64,000 bases of DNA from Phoronis australis (GCA_002633005.1 NMRA01000993.1:1-64000); one strand, 5' to 3'; counted from the first letter of the stretch, positions 1-13,419 are shown. The notes: a model not told the origin generated them from the letters alone. Numbers and translations: made by a program.

Positions 1-299
1 TGCAGTTTATATATATTTTTTATTCAAATAAAAAGTCCTTGCATAGGTTGAACTTGCTCTGATATTTCTTGAACCACATGTAAGGAAAGTGTGTTCGGTG
101 CAATTTAAGGATGGTATTGTTCAGTTTTGAATATTTATTGCGAACGTTTCCGTGTCTGGTCAGCACGCCATCGGGCAAATGGCCAAACGACAAGCTTTTG
201 CCCCACTTCCGCTGACGTCACAGTTTAGTCTCACATAATCTGGCGCTATTGTTATAAACTCGCAAAAGGACTGTTGGACATTATCCCTCAGATGCCGCG

Positions 300-490
300 T
301 AACTCGCTAATAGCGTAAGCCACGCATACATCGTTATCAGCATTTGTAAGGAGTTTTCTGATTTTCCTCAAAACTTTAGAGGGCTGTCGAGCCGTTACAG
401 AGCATTATTTAGTTTCAGAGAACTGGATGGGAAAGTCGTTTTTAGTATCTACTAATAGGATAAAACCGGGTTTGCTATACTTTTAACTTG
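300..490. repeat. Partial copy of the palindromic MITE at 5480-5835
   Basis: 330-480 is the approximate reverse complement of 5645-5800 (e.g. GAACTGGATGGGAAAGTCGTT vs AACGATTTTCCCATCCCGTTC). Confidence 0.7.
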
Positions 491-1749
491 AAAGATTGAC
501 ACCAGAGATGCAAGATTCAGCAGGTGACAAAACGAGGATTGGTGGAAATCATTACAGGGTTTACTATACTTTTAAAAGAATACGAAGTACATAGGGATAT
601 TGATGAATTATTACCTAACTCTACGGAACTGGTGGAAACTAAATGTACTTAGAAGGCTACCCTGTCCCTGCCAGTCTTCACAAAGTGTAAAGGTTTGCAA
701 TGGTTACTAAATGAACAAAAAACAATATTTCATTCATGTCAGTTCCGACTCATTAGCAGACAATCAGAGTAATGAATTGTCGGAGTTGTGAAACTTCAGA
801 GTAGTGAACTTTGCGAGAAGTGAACCTTCGGAATAGTGGCATGTAACCTTGGAAATCTTTTGCATCAAGTTAGTTGCTCGTATGAAGTCTGCGAGGCTGT
901 GCACCATTACCACAGATGGACAAGGGAACATTTTCTTCTTTGACCAAAGATTCTTTACGTCTAGGCCTGCTTTTCCCAAATACTGTGAACATGATCGTAT
1001 CCTCGGTGCAAGAACATACGATTGTAAGTGCCTGGTTTTTGTTTGAGCAACGACAGAAGACTGCTTATAGTGAACTTACAGTCTGCGCGTAGTGGATTTA
1101 AAAGAATGAAAACGCACACACGTGTACACGCACATGCATTTCAATCCACCAATCCACTATGAAAGTGGACACTGGATGAACAACAATCACCTTCAATTAG
1201 AAATTCGAAATGCCTGCACCTTACCCTACTATGCTAGCAAGTACACCAAAATAGCAGATAACATATTTTCTGCTGTTTTGTTTCTTGGTCGATTTTAAGA
1301 CATTCACGCCACACTACTTGTTGAGAGCTAGTTCGCAAGTTTAAGACTGAACTAGTTAAAGGCATTTACCTCTAGTCTCCCTTGTTACCCTATAATATAT
1401 CGTTGGCCAGAAACAATATCATTTAACTTCATAAATGTAGTTAGTACTACCAGTAGCTGCAACAATTTTGTTGTTGTTGTTGTAGTTGTTGTTGTCCATC
1501 TACATATGTATACCCTATCTCTAACGGATAGGCTGGGGCTGGACCTTTTCCGCGGGGGGTCGATCTAACCCCCTCCCGAACCCCCCTGGCTACGGGACTG
1601 ATACAGTTCCAATGACGCCGGTTTAAAATTCATCAATCTACATATTCTTAAAAGGTAAAAGGCGAGATGCCCACCATTAAGTCTGGTTCGTTTTAAGTAT
1701 TCGAGCGGTAGACCCGATGGTTCAGTGGAATATACTGTCTGCACGGTTA

Positions 1750-2760
1750 GCAGAAGTTTTAGTTTGAGTCCAGGTTGGGGCAGGAATCTTTTCAAACCAA
1801 TTAATATTTATAAAGTCCCATGGTATGGCCACAAACGGCGTGCTGACCTGTGTAGTTCTCTTGTTCATACTTGTGTCCTAGTTTATTTGAGGATTTGTGG
1901 TTTTCAGTTTACATTGACAACTGGTGACATACATGTACACTGCAGTCGCCATAGAAAAGTGTTCAGACTGTAATTATATTCCACTCCTAGGTTTTTTGTG
2001 TAGTTTGTAGATCTATAATAAATGTGGAGATGATTACATGTGTTCGAGTTTGGTAAGATAAGTGATCTTGTGTTTGTACGTGAAGCCGGGCTAGATACTA
2101 TGTCAAAGATATTTTGAAATAAGCGGTTGTAATTGGTTTTAATAGGTCAATGTTGAGATCGTCGGCAATAACAAATGCTTTTTTATCCGTACTCGATTGA
2201 ATAATGGTATTGGTATAGTCATCTAAGAAAAATTGCATGTACTTGTCTTTATTTGTGGGGATCTTTTTGCAATTGCTGTATGTATGCCGCGTACCTTGAA
2301 ATGATAAGGTAAGCATTCATAAGATTTGAAATTGAGTGAAATGTCATTTTTATTACAAACAAGCTTTTTTATGGTGTATGTCCATGTAACAAATCCTTCA
2401 CGAGAAGTAAAATCTGGTGAGTAACTTTTAAAGTGTTGTCATACTTGTCGAAATTAAATAGCGAGCCGTCGTCTAATTATTGTTGGTAACCACGATTCTT
2501 GTACGCAGATGGCAATCAAAAACAATTTATTTGTTTAAGATCATAAACAATGGCTCTAAAAAGATTTTGCGTTGACCGATTGAATATTGACACTCGGTAA
2601 TTTTAGTTCATCTGCACATACATTAATTGCAAAAAAATCGCTCAAACCTTCGTTGTCACAACAGTGGTACTTGTCGATTTGAAACCCATTTGTAAGAGTA
2701 TCAACTAAATTGTTGCCACTGTCTCCCCATATTATTTGACCACTTTTCGAGTATAAAAGG
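1750..2760 (-). pseudogene. Decayed CR1/L2-type LINE ORF2, APE endonuclease region
   Basis: Minus-strand fragments SVNIQSVNAK, AICVQESWL and FVIADDLNIDLLK match APE motifs (NxxS, QETW, GDxN); many stops and frameshifts. Confidence 0.7.
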
Positions 2761-3718
2761 TCAGATTTGCAATACGTGATATGTTTGTCATGTGTCACGT
2801 GACCAGTCGTATTTGCCTAAGTCAGTCGCGAAATATGAAAACACGTAAGAAATCAGTATAGTTGAAGGCCTATGGTCCGAGTTGTACGCAGGAAATACAT
2901 GTACTCTTAACGCCAATTTAGCGGGGTTTTTTGGTGTGACATAAAGTTCAAAAACTTTGATTAACAAAATTGGTTGTAATGACCATGTCATCTACATTAT
3001 GTGGTATGATGAGTTTTATCTCTCTATTCAACATTTTTCAATAAAACTTGTATTTAAATATTAGCAGTTGTATAATTTGCAAAGTACGTCACGGGTAAAT
3101 CATCCAATTTGTGATAAGCTGGTTTTGTATCACCTTATTCACATGTCCGTACATTTAGACGAATATCTACAAAACTAGCATTTTACTCAGCAGAAGCATG
3201 AATTTTCAGAAAGTAGAAATTCCAACACTGCATGACTTACGCGTTAAAGGTGCTACCTCCGTCCATTTGCAATCACCAAGCTGTGCGTCCCACGGAAGAC
3301 AATGCTCAAAGAAAGTCAGTGTGAAGAGAAATACACGATAGTGGTTCAAATTTACTAACTTGAAACAATTTGGTGGACGAGTGAAATTCCTTGTTTCAAA
3401 GTTGCGTACACATTGGCAAATGTAGTTTTTATTAGTTATGCTTTGCAGAAGTCAGAAATCATATGATGATTAAACATTTCTTATTTTAACCATGATGAAA
3501 TCACTTGAAATTTGTTAATTCAGGATTTCATTTGTGCGAAACAAGCAAAGAATTATATACATGTAGCATGCGCTTTGACGCGAGCAAGTCTTCCAGAAAT
3601 ACATGGAAATTCGTATAGTCTCGTTACATTACGGTTAGTAATGGATTTTAAAAGCGTAAAGTACCAGCCTGAGACAACCATTCAGTTACACGTAACCTTC
3701 TGCGATACATGTACTTAC

Positions 3719-3788
3719 CAACAGCAGAAACCAGTAGGCCTATCACAAATGTTACAGTCACCAAGAAATGAAACCCAAGGAATGCCAT
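3719..3788 (-). CDS. Putative first coding exon encoding a signal peptide (MAFLGFHFLVTVTFVIGLLVSAV-G), unknown secreted/membrane protein
   Basis: ATG, 23 mostly hydrophobic codons, then a phase-1 G|GTAAGT donor; candidate acceptor TGTAG near 3846. Downstream exons not identified. Confidence 0.45.
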
Positions 3789-5479
3789 AGTTCTTATCAA
3801 TTCCAATAAAGGCGACACTCTGCCAAGTGCATGCAGACACGAGACCTACATGTATAAATTGGTATCAGCAAAACGTAATGACCGGTTTTAATATACTTGT
3901 ATGTAGCGTCACGTGATATCAGACAATATCAAAATCATTGACAGCGAGCTTAATATAGGAATAACACTGGACGGGATTTAATGAAGGAATGAAGGGGCAA
4001 GATCATAGAAATTGAATGTTATAAATGACAAAATCTGAGAATGTCACACTTGGGTGTAGGACTTTGTCCCAAGGATACGAACGGAACGTAATAAAGACTG
4101 TTAATAACGAAAAGTGCTGTGTATTTAATCAATTTTGCATATCAGAAAACTTGCTTCCATAGTACAGCCATTTCTATTACTGATTATGTATTTGTTGTTG
4201 GATTTTTTCCAAGTGAATGGACGACATTGATACTCGTAGCAGTTTTCAAAGAACGTACACACATACAGTACCCAGCAATCTAAGGGAATAAGTTTAATTC
4301 AAATTGGAAGAATTTTTTTAGAAAGGATACTTTGTTATAAATTTCAAAATCCGCGGAAAGTAATCATTAGTAAGTCTCAAGCTGCAAATTTTAGCATGAT
4401 AGGTCATGATTTTGTGTTTGATACTTTAATTACTTTATACATGTACGTAAAGAATCAGAAAACTAGATTTGTTGTGCGGTCCTATTTCAAGTGTGCGTTT
4501 GATTGTACTGATACATTTAGTTTTTAAGCAGCTACGTCACAAGATTGAGGGAGGAACGTACCTAATACTTCGATCCGTGTAATACCGTGTCAGTGTGATA
4601 TTCACATTATACATGCACTAATAAACAGACTGTTCCAGCAGAATCGAACAGTGGACATAGTTATCGCCATTTATGTTTATTTGTTTTTGGAACATGAACT
4701 GAAAGATTCAGGTGTACATAAGATATCGTGGTATGGTAGTGTTGTTTGTTGATGACCTAATTCTTTTGTCATTTAATGTAGTCTACCTACAGAGAAAACT
4801 TGGTGCGCTGTATAGCTGCCAAACTTGAAATCTAGTAGTTCATTTAAAAAAAAACAAAAAGTATTGATTTTAGTGAAGTCGGCATTGTCAAAACGAATGA
4901 AAGGTGGTTTTATGGTGGAGATCCAACTAACGCTGTGAAAGTGTATCTAGACCATGGCATTACCTTTGCTTCTGCGGGAATTTGGGGCTTGGCCCAAACA
5001 CACAGTCATACACTCCAACAGGAAAACCAATTTGTAGTTTGAGGAACGGTTCAAAAGTTTACTATTCGTTGTCAAGCAAACTTAACGTTGGTTGATTATA
5101 GCTTCCTAGCAATAATACATTTTGGTTATAAAATGTGAGTGTTTAATGATGGTGGGGAAGTCGAGAAAGTGCATTTAAAATACAGTAAAGGAATGCCAAA
5201 GTCATCGGTTGGGGATGTCACAAGAAGTAGATTCGGAAGGTAGTCTCTACCCACAGAAGGATTCCCAAGAAAAACCAGGTACGAAATAAAAATACACTAA
5301 AACCTGTTTTGACAATTTCAGTCAATCTTCGTTCTGTCACCTGCTAATGCATAATTGGCGCGAATCTTCAGAGATCAAGGTAAGAATCAATTAAAAACTC
5401 ATAGTCCCCATGTCTCAGACTGGGTATTGTTGTTGTTAGTAGGTGGTCTTTCTCCACAGTTGCTATGTATATTGCTAAA

Positions 5480-5835
5480 AGCGTGGGTCATGCTCGCCAA
5501 TTTTGTAGACTTCGAAAGGAATTCCAAAATTTCCTCAAAACGTTTGATTGTAGTGCATTATTAAAATTCAGGGAATCGAATGAGAATGTCGTTTTTAAAA
5601 TCTATTAGTAGGACAAAACCGGGATTGGTATCCTCTTAAAAAGAATACTAGGCCCGGTTTTGGCCTATTAACAGATACTAACAACGATTTTCCCATCCCG
5701 TTCTCTGAAACAAAGTACATGTAATGCTCTGTAGCTCTCGACAACCGTAAGAAATTTGGAGGAAATTTTAAAAACTCCTTTCAAATGCTGCTAAACTGAC
5801 AAGTATGACCTACTATGCTTTTAGCGAATTACTCA
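5480..5835. mobile_element. Palindromic MITE
   Basis: Imperfect fold-back centred near 5640 (TAGGACAAAACCGGG...CCCGGTTTTGGCCTA); related arm at 300-490. Confidence 0.6.
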
Positions 5836-5949
5836 ATAGTCCATTTGCTGGGCCAATAGCCCTCAAAGTGAACCCTGCAATGCTAAAATTTTCTTTTTTT
5901 GAAATTTATTAAATATGATCAGGACAAAATTAGCTTGGTTGCACTGTGT

Positions 5950-8838
5950 GGGGCTATTCGGAGAATTCTCCTCGCGGTGTCGCTGCTGTACTAGTGGTGA
6001 TTGAATTGCGCATGCGTCGCTGTCTGCATGTAAACAGGTGGTAAAAAGACGGATTGTTATCAAAATACGTCGTCGCGCAAAGCCTTATTATTGCTATTTT
6101 CCCTGGTGCAAGTCTTCGACAGGTGGTCACAAATTACCAAAAGACCTAAGGTTACTACATTCGTGGAGCATTGCGGTCAAAAGGGTCAACCAACTGAGAA
6201 AAAGTGTGTGGATGCCGAAGCCCCTTTATGAGACTACATAAGGACGGTTACTTGGTAAGTTTTTAGCAATCAAGTTTCTATCGACATCGTTCGGTGATGT
6301 TATCTCCACCAGTTACCCAACTGAATAACGGGTTTATTGAATGGAACTAAGTGTTTCTTTTCGAAAACTCACCGAGGACTCGGATGCCGGGTAGGCTAGC
6401 AGCACATACTCACATATTGTCCTCCAAGGGTGGGAATGCGCCCAATATAAGAGGTGTGTGGTACGTGACGCTCAGAAGTCAGGGGTGCCTTTTTCAAAGC
6501 AGTTTCTCTTCAAAGCTATGCTACGTCCAATAAAATTCTCTAGACGAGTGAGTTTCCTTATTTCATAGCGGACCCCACCCCCAGGACTACCCGGCAGATT
6601 AGTTACCGAATTAACATGAACAAGCTATTCAGTAAACGTCATAACATTGCATTAGAATAAAAATTGACACTTAGAATGAATTTTACTTTTTGAGGTCAGA
6701 TGCTCATTTTAGGTGTCGTGAAAAATACACATTATTAAATCACTTTTAGCCTGTTTCACATAGTTTAATTCAGATCTTAAATAAGACTTGGGTACAAAGA
6801 TTTAGTTTCTACATATAAACATGAAGATGAAACGTCAAGTATGTTCTGCCTTACTAAAGTAGTTTTGTCTTGTGTTTTCTGTTATAATTTGCTAATATTT
6901 CTCTGACTATTCTGTTACAGGTGAGAGAAAACAACTGAAACCAACCGCCTGACCATCTATTTTACCTTTGGACAAAGTAATCATTCAGCAATATCCTGAG
7001 AGAATTGAACCTAATTCAGAAATTCAGCCTTTGATATGCCTGATTATGGACTCCATTGCGTGGGAAAATTACAATTGTTTTTAACAATGCTGTTTCTTTA
7101 TATACTTTTCTTGCATGCGGAACTTTTGTTGTGGACAAGTTATCACAAAACTTAAAATTGTTCAAAGGCCTTCTTAAGAAAGCTCTAAAAATAATTACAC
7201 ACACAAACAAATCAAATGCAAATAAAGGGATTACTTTATTTTGATCGCTGCACATTTCTAGAGGTCAACAGGAAAACGACAATTCGCAAGCGTAATCGCT
7301 AATTATTTTAGCTTTATAAAGAATAAGCACAACTGTACTGTATGGGGCTTTAAAACTGAGGAAATATTGTGGTTTCAATAATTAGTGACAAACTTGCCCG
7401 TTGATGAAAAATTTATTCGATCATCAAAGTGTAACATTAACGGGCTTTCTACTGACAATAAGACAATCGATGTAGTCACTGAATGTCATTTCCCCACAGT
7501 CTGTACCAAATTGAAAAGATTTTACCATTAGTATAAAGCCTTTCTTCTGCAAGGAAATGTTAATGTCACTCAGTGAGAAAGGACAGGTATTTATACCAGA
7601 TGCTTTTGATTTTCATTTCACAGAGATCTAGTTTCAATAGCGTATCTAAGCGCTTGTAAAAAAGGTCCAGTTTCGACACGTGGCTTTCCTCCAGGTAACC
7701 TCATTCAGCCTCAATTAGATCCTTGAAGGTAAACACAACAGCATATAACTTGACTCGTTTTGTGCCCAAAATCTGACCCTGAACTAGATCAGAGTGCCGC
7801 TACGTCTTCTTTAGCTTCAATACAGCATGTTTCTTCCAGGAAAGGAAATAAGCTATTGTCCACACGTGACTTAATGCCTTTGAAAGGTATCCTCACCGAC
7901 GAGGCTGACTTGTGTAGCAGTAGATATAGTTCCTCTTCATACACAAACAACACGTTGTCTTATGATAACTTCGTACTGAGATTCACATTTCACCAGGGCC
8001 ACTGACATGTACATTGCGCCATGCAGCACTAATGGTGTGTGCAAATGCTGTGGGAAGAGAAAGGAGTAACAAAGCTTGTTCGTTGTCTCCGATGAAGAAA
8101 GTAGGCTTTAACAACAGATCTACATGTACACTGGATGGGAAGATCTTGCTGGTTAGCTGCAGTCAACATCTTAAAAACAATTTTTGACCATTCAGGGTCG
8201 ATGCAGAAGCGATGCATATCTCTCCTCTGCACGGTACAGGCCTTCAAACCTAAAAACCAAAGGTCACGTGAAAACAGACATGATAGAATTTCATTTCACC
8301 GTGTAGTAAATTTCCGGAAGACAAGTAGTAAACAAATAGTCTTATGGATATTTACGTACCTTTTGCCATGGCATTGGGCTTGGATTGTAATCTCACTAAC
8401 CCATATGGAGTTAAACATTCAGCATTCATTGACGTAACTGTCACTGATAAACCTGTTTGAAATCATTCCAAACAATAATACGGCTTTGATGTAGGAAAAG
8501 ATCTCGAGTGCTACGTCAAGTATCGTAACACGCATCACAGCAAAGATTAACTCTACTGGCGACTGTCGCGAAGCCGACATCGGCGAGTATCTCAGTTAAC
8601 AGGCATCAGTAGAATAAACATAGAATAATCGTTAAAATAATCACAAACCTTACCTTTGTATGAGGTCGTGCTTACTTTCTCTCATAGAAGCACCCTTTTC
8701 ACGCAATCTCAGATTCAGTTTGCACACCTTCAAGCCATCTCACCATGTATTTAAAGGGCTTGCGAAATCGAGGCTGTTAATCTATCACCACTAGTACACG
8801 CACGCCCTCTAGTTATTGTAGATTTTCCGAATAGCCCC
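5950..8838 (+). mobile_element. ISL2EU-type DNA transposon, internally deleted and decayed
   Basis: TIRs GGGGCTATTCGGAGAA / TTTTCCGAATAGCCCC; subterminal inverted GTACTAGTGGTGAT; AT on right flank (GT on left); + strand THAP remnant; convergent minus-strand SWIM/YqaJ-like remnants at about 7450-8300. Confidence 0.7.
6070..6980 (+). pseudogene. THAP zinc-finger N-terminus of a transposase, two exons, decayed
   Basis: PYYCYFPWCKSSTGGHKLPKD...WSIAVKR...WMPKP, donor GTAAGT near 6254, acceptor TTACAG at 6920, then ERKQLKPTA*PSIYLW (AVPSIF-type box with a stop). Confidence 0.65.
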
Positions 8839-10549
8839 ATTTTGAGCACTTATTGTACATGTAGTTCAAGATAACGGATGGTGCCATTATGAATTGTGGC
8901 TCACTTTGTTTTTTCAACTTGATGACTAACAGGGTCATGTAATACATTTCCATTTTTGGTGATGAGGAGCTCATTTCTGATGATGTTTTATTGATGCCGG
9001 GTCATTTTCTAGGTCAAACCAGAATTTGAATGCCAAAACTGCCTAACAGCCTTCTGGTATTCAGTTTCAATCTAATTATTTTTTTCACTTTATCAGTTAA
9101 ACACTTCAACATTTATTTTCAAAGTGCTGATGATTGCATACTATAGTAGGCCAAACATTTTGTTCTTGAGTTTCATGAGGGACGTACCGGCACGCTAAAG
9201 AAAGCATCTGGCATGCAAAATGCTGATCAGCTCATCAGCTGCTGGAGCCTCCAATATGGTTACTGCCCACTTCTCAAATAAAAACACTACTTCAATGAAG
9301 CCCACGCCTCTTCCAAATATCAACTTATGTGTTTCATTTTGCTGCATTAATATGATACATTTTCTCTTCGTTAAACGAACTTTAGGGAAGATACAATTCA
9401 GGAGCTGTGAACTATAAGACAGTAGAAAAGGGCAGAAATGTCATTGGACTTCATTGCCCGAAATTTATTTTTGTGTGGGTATAATTATTTTGTTAGTAAG
9501 TAACAAATTAATAACCCATTCGTGAAACTGGGAGAAAATTCAGGAAGATCGAGTAAAAAATATCAACATCATTTCGTCGTAACGGTTTTTTCGGCGTGGT
9601 GGGCTCTCGGAGTAGCCGGGTTTTTTTTCGGAGCAGTGGGCTTTCGGAGAAGTGATCCCCGGAGTGGTTACCTGTTACACTCCTGTATTGTCGACGGAAA
9701 TGCTAGGCCGATGATCTGTAGGTATTCAATCTCATCACAGCCATGTTTTACTCAATTTCTACTAAAATGGGACAAAGTCTTGGTTTGCTTGGAGATGGTT
9801 AACAATCACCCATATCGGTAGATTGTCTGTTTAACTCACCACTGCTGTTTCTCGTATTTCTGCCTTAAATTATTCTTTCAACAACCCTGTCTGAAGGAGA
9901 TGTTGACATATTTCTTCGTAACAGAGCACCATTAGTGTACATGCGCTGTGTTAAAAAGTTTTCAAAATAAACCGAACAACGGGGAAACTCTTTTCTACTA
10001 GAATCCGACAGTGCCTCCATAAACGTTGTCACAGTGGTAATTTCTACAATTTGCACATAAATCCATTCATAATTAAACAATAAACGACTAGGCGCAAGAG
10101 CGTCAACTTAAACTCCGACAAAAGTTCGTTAAACGTGCTATAAATGTTTGATTAAAGTTTCAAAAATTTATGGCAAGAAGTCTATCCCAAATAATGCAGC
10201 ATTGCAGAGTTCTTTCGAATTTTATTTCGAAGTATACGGTGTGTGGAGCACCTTCCCGATAATGTCAAGGAAGTTCTATTCGAAGTTGGGTACAGCTGTC
10301 GACACTTAGATGACAAGACTGTCCAATTCTAAGAACAGACATACCGTATTTCAAAAAAGCAACATGTATGGCATTATAAAAAGCATTAGTAAGGAGAGTC
10401 GACCCATTGGCCGTGTGGTTGTAGAATTTCAGTGGGTTTGCCCAACTTGAAACTGCCATGGAAGACATACATGGATGTCATGAGGAATGAGGTTGGCGAA
10501 AAATAGATGTCATGTAGTGGAGTGATAGGAAAAGACTAAGCACAATAAG

Positions 10550-12730
10550 GAAGGAGCGCATCTGGACGAAGAAGACTAGAGAAAGTTTGCAGAGGATATA
10601 GATAAGCACAGACATACGCTGACTGACCAGGAGTCATACCTCCATAACTTCTGCAACCGTCAAGTAGTTACTGATTGTTCAAAACGAGCTGGTCATTGGG
10701 CATGAGCAGAACAGTCAGATTTTTAGTTTCGGCAAGCAGGCAATGTTACAAAGCCACTGATAAAATTTCAAAATGTCGTAGTTGTTGAATAAGCCTGCCC
10801 GGGCAAGTGAAGGACATGGCTTTGAGCCGCTGTTCAGTTGCCTGTTAGTCATAGGACAGTAATATAACAGTAACGTAGCTGATGTCTTTAAAGACGAAGG
10901 CAACCTTTTTTCATGTCATTTTTAGCAAAAATAGGGTTCGTTGATTGTCCCAGGAATATTTTTCACTTATTTACAGCTTTTCGTAATTTAATAAATTACT
11001 CGTCGTCTACTCCGGAAGTGACGTTTTGGGAGGCAAGAATTTCGCGTCAATTTCTTTTCATACAGTCTGACTGTTTGCTTTTGTTTACGAGTCAGTCAAC
11101 ATGCAACGCTGTTGCTGCCTACCGAGATGTACTCATTATCGTCTCACGTACACAAGAAGAACTGTCCCACTCTTGCCCGAGCGTCCCGCGACACACTCCC
11201 AGTAGATGGTGACTTGAGCACCCAAACTACTTACATCCCGCCGTGCGACTCCCTCGTCACATACGCTGCACCTTCTAAATAGCTCCAATACAAGTCCACG
11301 ATAAACTTATCAAACTTAGGCTCACCGATCTGTTCATTGGATGACGAAATGTCCTTTTCACTGGGTGTAAAACTGGGACTGTATTCACCCCAACTACTCA
11401 ACATCGCTGCAAGGCTGCTTACGGGCTCTAGGTTAGAGACACATGGGACTGCTAGCTCCTGGAATTGCACGCTATGGGTTAAGTTCGGAGGCATGGGTGA
11501 CAGAGGATGAAGTGCCTCCAGTCACTGTTTATAGTGGCCACAGCTTGCGAGGCTTCTCGCCTCAAAAACACACTTTTCGGGGATGGCGAAGGGGCACTGC
11601 CGGGAATCAACAGCGACGGTATGGAACCCTTCTTCAGGCGTTGCTTCGCAGGGACCTTCATCAATTCAGCGTACATATCTGTCGTAATCTGATGGCTGAA
11701 AATGCTTGCCACTGCTTTGTACGTTGCGTGAACGGGTAGCGCTGCGTACTTCACACGAACGAGCTAGCCAAGTACGGCGAAGTGACATCCTTCGGAAAGC
11801 GATCCAAGGTACCCAAACTGCGTGTGAGACGATAATGAGTACTGTACATCCTGGTACGCAGCAACAGAGGGACATATTGACTGACTCGTAAACACAAGCA
11901 AACCAAAGCAAACGACGACCGAACTTATCACATCCGAGGCAGAACAATGATTGACTTGACTGCTCTCACAGTCTGACTGTATGAAAAGAAATTGGCGCAA
12001 AATTCTTGCCTCCCAAAACGTCACTTCCGGAGTAGAGGACGAGATATTAATTAAATTACGAAGAACTGTTATTAAGTGAAAAATATGTCTGGGATAATCA
12101 ACAGACCCTATTTTTGCTAAAAGTGACATGAAAAAAGGTTGCCTTCGCCTTTAAGTATCAACTTATTAAGTCCACTCCCTACAGCCTACATCGAAAAATA
12201 AGGCAGTTTGAGAAAGGGTGACAAAGCAATTTTGGACAAATCTCTCCGCGAATGACCCAAATCATTCTCCCCCGGACGTGGAGTTGATTGCTGTTGTTCA
12301 GGTTTTGTTCCAGGTCGTTTGGGATGTTCACAGAAATACATGAGATTGATGGCACTCTACTTGTCCTCTATTCTCCCGCTTGTTAGAACATCATTCAATT
12401 TTAAAGATATGACCACAAAGATCCCTACACAATGGACCGTGAGACGATGATATGAAGAAAATCTGAGGGAGCCCTGCTTACCCGCAAACACACCTTTTAC
12501 AGAGAAACTATTCTAAATAAGGCTATGTCAAACATTTTTCTGTGTGTATGCAGCTATCCCCTTCTATTCAACATCGACCGGGTCAAGAAGAGCCACTGTG
12601 TAGTTACATGTTCACATGCTGAAGCAGACGGTGTATAGGTAAATTTTAAAGTGGTGAAAGAAGGCACCCACACCATCAGAATCTCTAGTGACAACACTGT
12701 CGTCTCCTTGCTCTTGGTTTATGGGACGTC
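10550..12730 (+). pseudogene. Academ-type transposase remnant interrupted by a Kolobok element
   Basis: Removing 10892-12154 restores ...VADVF|KYQL..SPLPTAYIEK*GSLRKGDKAIL..PDVELI and later SHAEADG...TIRISSDNTVVSLLLVY (HEEAD / SxDTDV motifs). Left end approximate. Confidence 0.6.
10892..12150 (-). mobile_element. Kolobok-type DNA transposon derivative with THAP/transposase N-terminus and long inverted ends
   Basis: TTAA at 10888-10891 and 12151-12154; AG...CT termini; ~260-bp inverted ends; minus-strand MSLCCCVPGC...KHFQPSDY...RLKKGSIPSL (THAP), then KFIV..LELFRRCSVCD..VTIYWEC with frameshifts. Confidence 0.85.
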
Positions 12731-12779
12731 ATAAATGCCATTAAATGGAGAATGGGAATGATAGTATTTCGGACAAAAT

Positions 12780-13130
12780 GGAAGAGTTCATAGATTCGGC
12801 CTGAACAAGTGCAGTCAACGTGAGAGGTCAGAAGACGTGGTACTTGGTTTAAAGGAGCTGTCAGAGACGCTGTCTGTATCAAGGCCAAGAACGCATCTCT
12901 GAATAGACACCAATGTGTCAAGTTTAAATTATCTCAGTCGGCGACTCGTGGTCCATTGCCTTGCAGCTGTTTTCTGCGAACACCGACAGATGGGTTGGCG
13001 AAATTTTTCAAGAACCAGTCAGTCAACAATCACCAGTAGAAGGAGCTAGGCAATGACGGGAAGTTTACTTTACAGTAAGTTCCAGAATTCATAGTTTATG
13101 AGTTTTCACTTGGATGAATAATGATGCCCA
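12780..13130 (+). pseudogene. Penelope-like element 3' end (GIY-YIG C-terminus), decayed
   Basis: TWFKGAVRDAVCIKAKNASLNR resembles the PLE endonuclease motif WFxRGVKEAIxIxxxxPxLNR; CTTGGATGAAT near 13109 resembles a pLTR end. Confidence 0.55.
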
Positions 13131-13204
13131 TCGTAGTCTACGTATATGTACATGTAACCTGTTCGGATTACACATACATGTACACGCATATCCCTATTCA
13201 TGAG

Positions 13205-13400
13205 GAAGCAATGTGGCCTAGTGGGATAAATGTTCTTCCTTTACTCAAGTTTGTGGGTTCCAGTCCTATGGGGGCAAACTGTTGGACGCTTGAGTCAGTC
13301 CTCTAGCTACTCAGCTCGCTTTAAATTAATAACGCATAAAAATGGTTCCAGGTGATAAGTTCAATGTTCGTACAAGGCAGTCTGCGCACGTCTAGTATAA
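13205..13400 (+). mobile_element. tRNA-derived SINE
   Basis: A-box TGGCCTAGTGG, B-box GGTTCCAGTCC; 3' part (CATAAAAATGGTTCCA...TGCGCACGTCT) recurs inverted at 17545-17610. Confidence 0.6.
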
Positions 13401-13419
13401 AAATACTGTAAATTTTAGT

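Larger units (their letters stand above)
5838..9150. repeat. Non-autonomous TAGT-ended (Academ-like) repeat, split by the ISL2EU-type insertion
   Basis: 5865-5949 joined to 8839-8900 aligns to 57075-57230 and to the reverse complement of 13710-13870. Outer ends approximate. Confidence 0.55.

Noticed and set aside
764-1090. Minus-strand ORF as a terminal exon of the signal-peptide gene
   Set aside because: No recognisable domain and no consistent frame from the nearest acceptor.
13205-13275. tRNA gene
   Set aside because: A and B boxes present but no cloverleaf; continues into a repeated SINE body.
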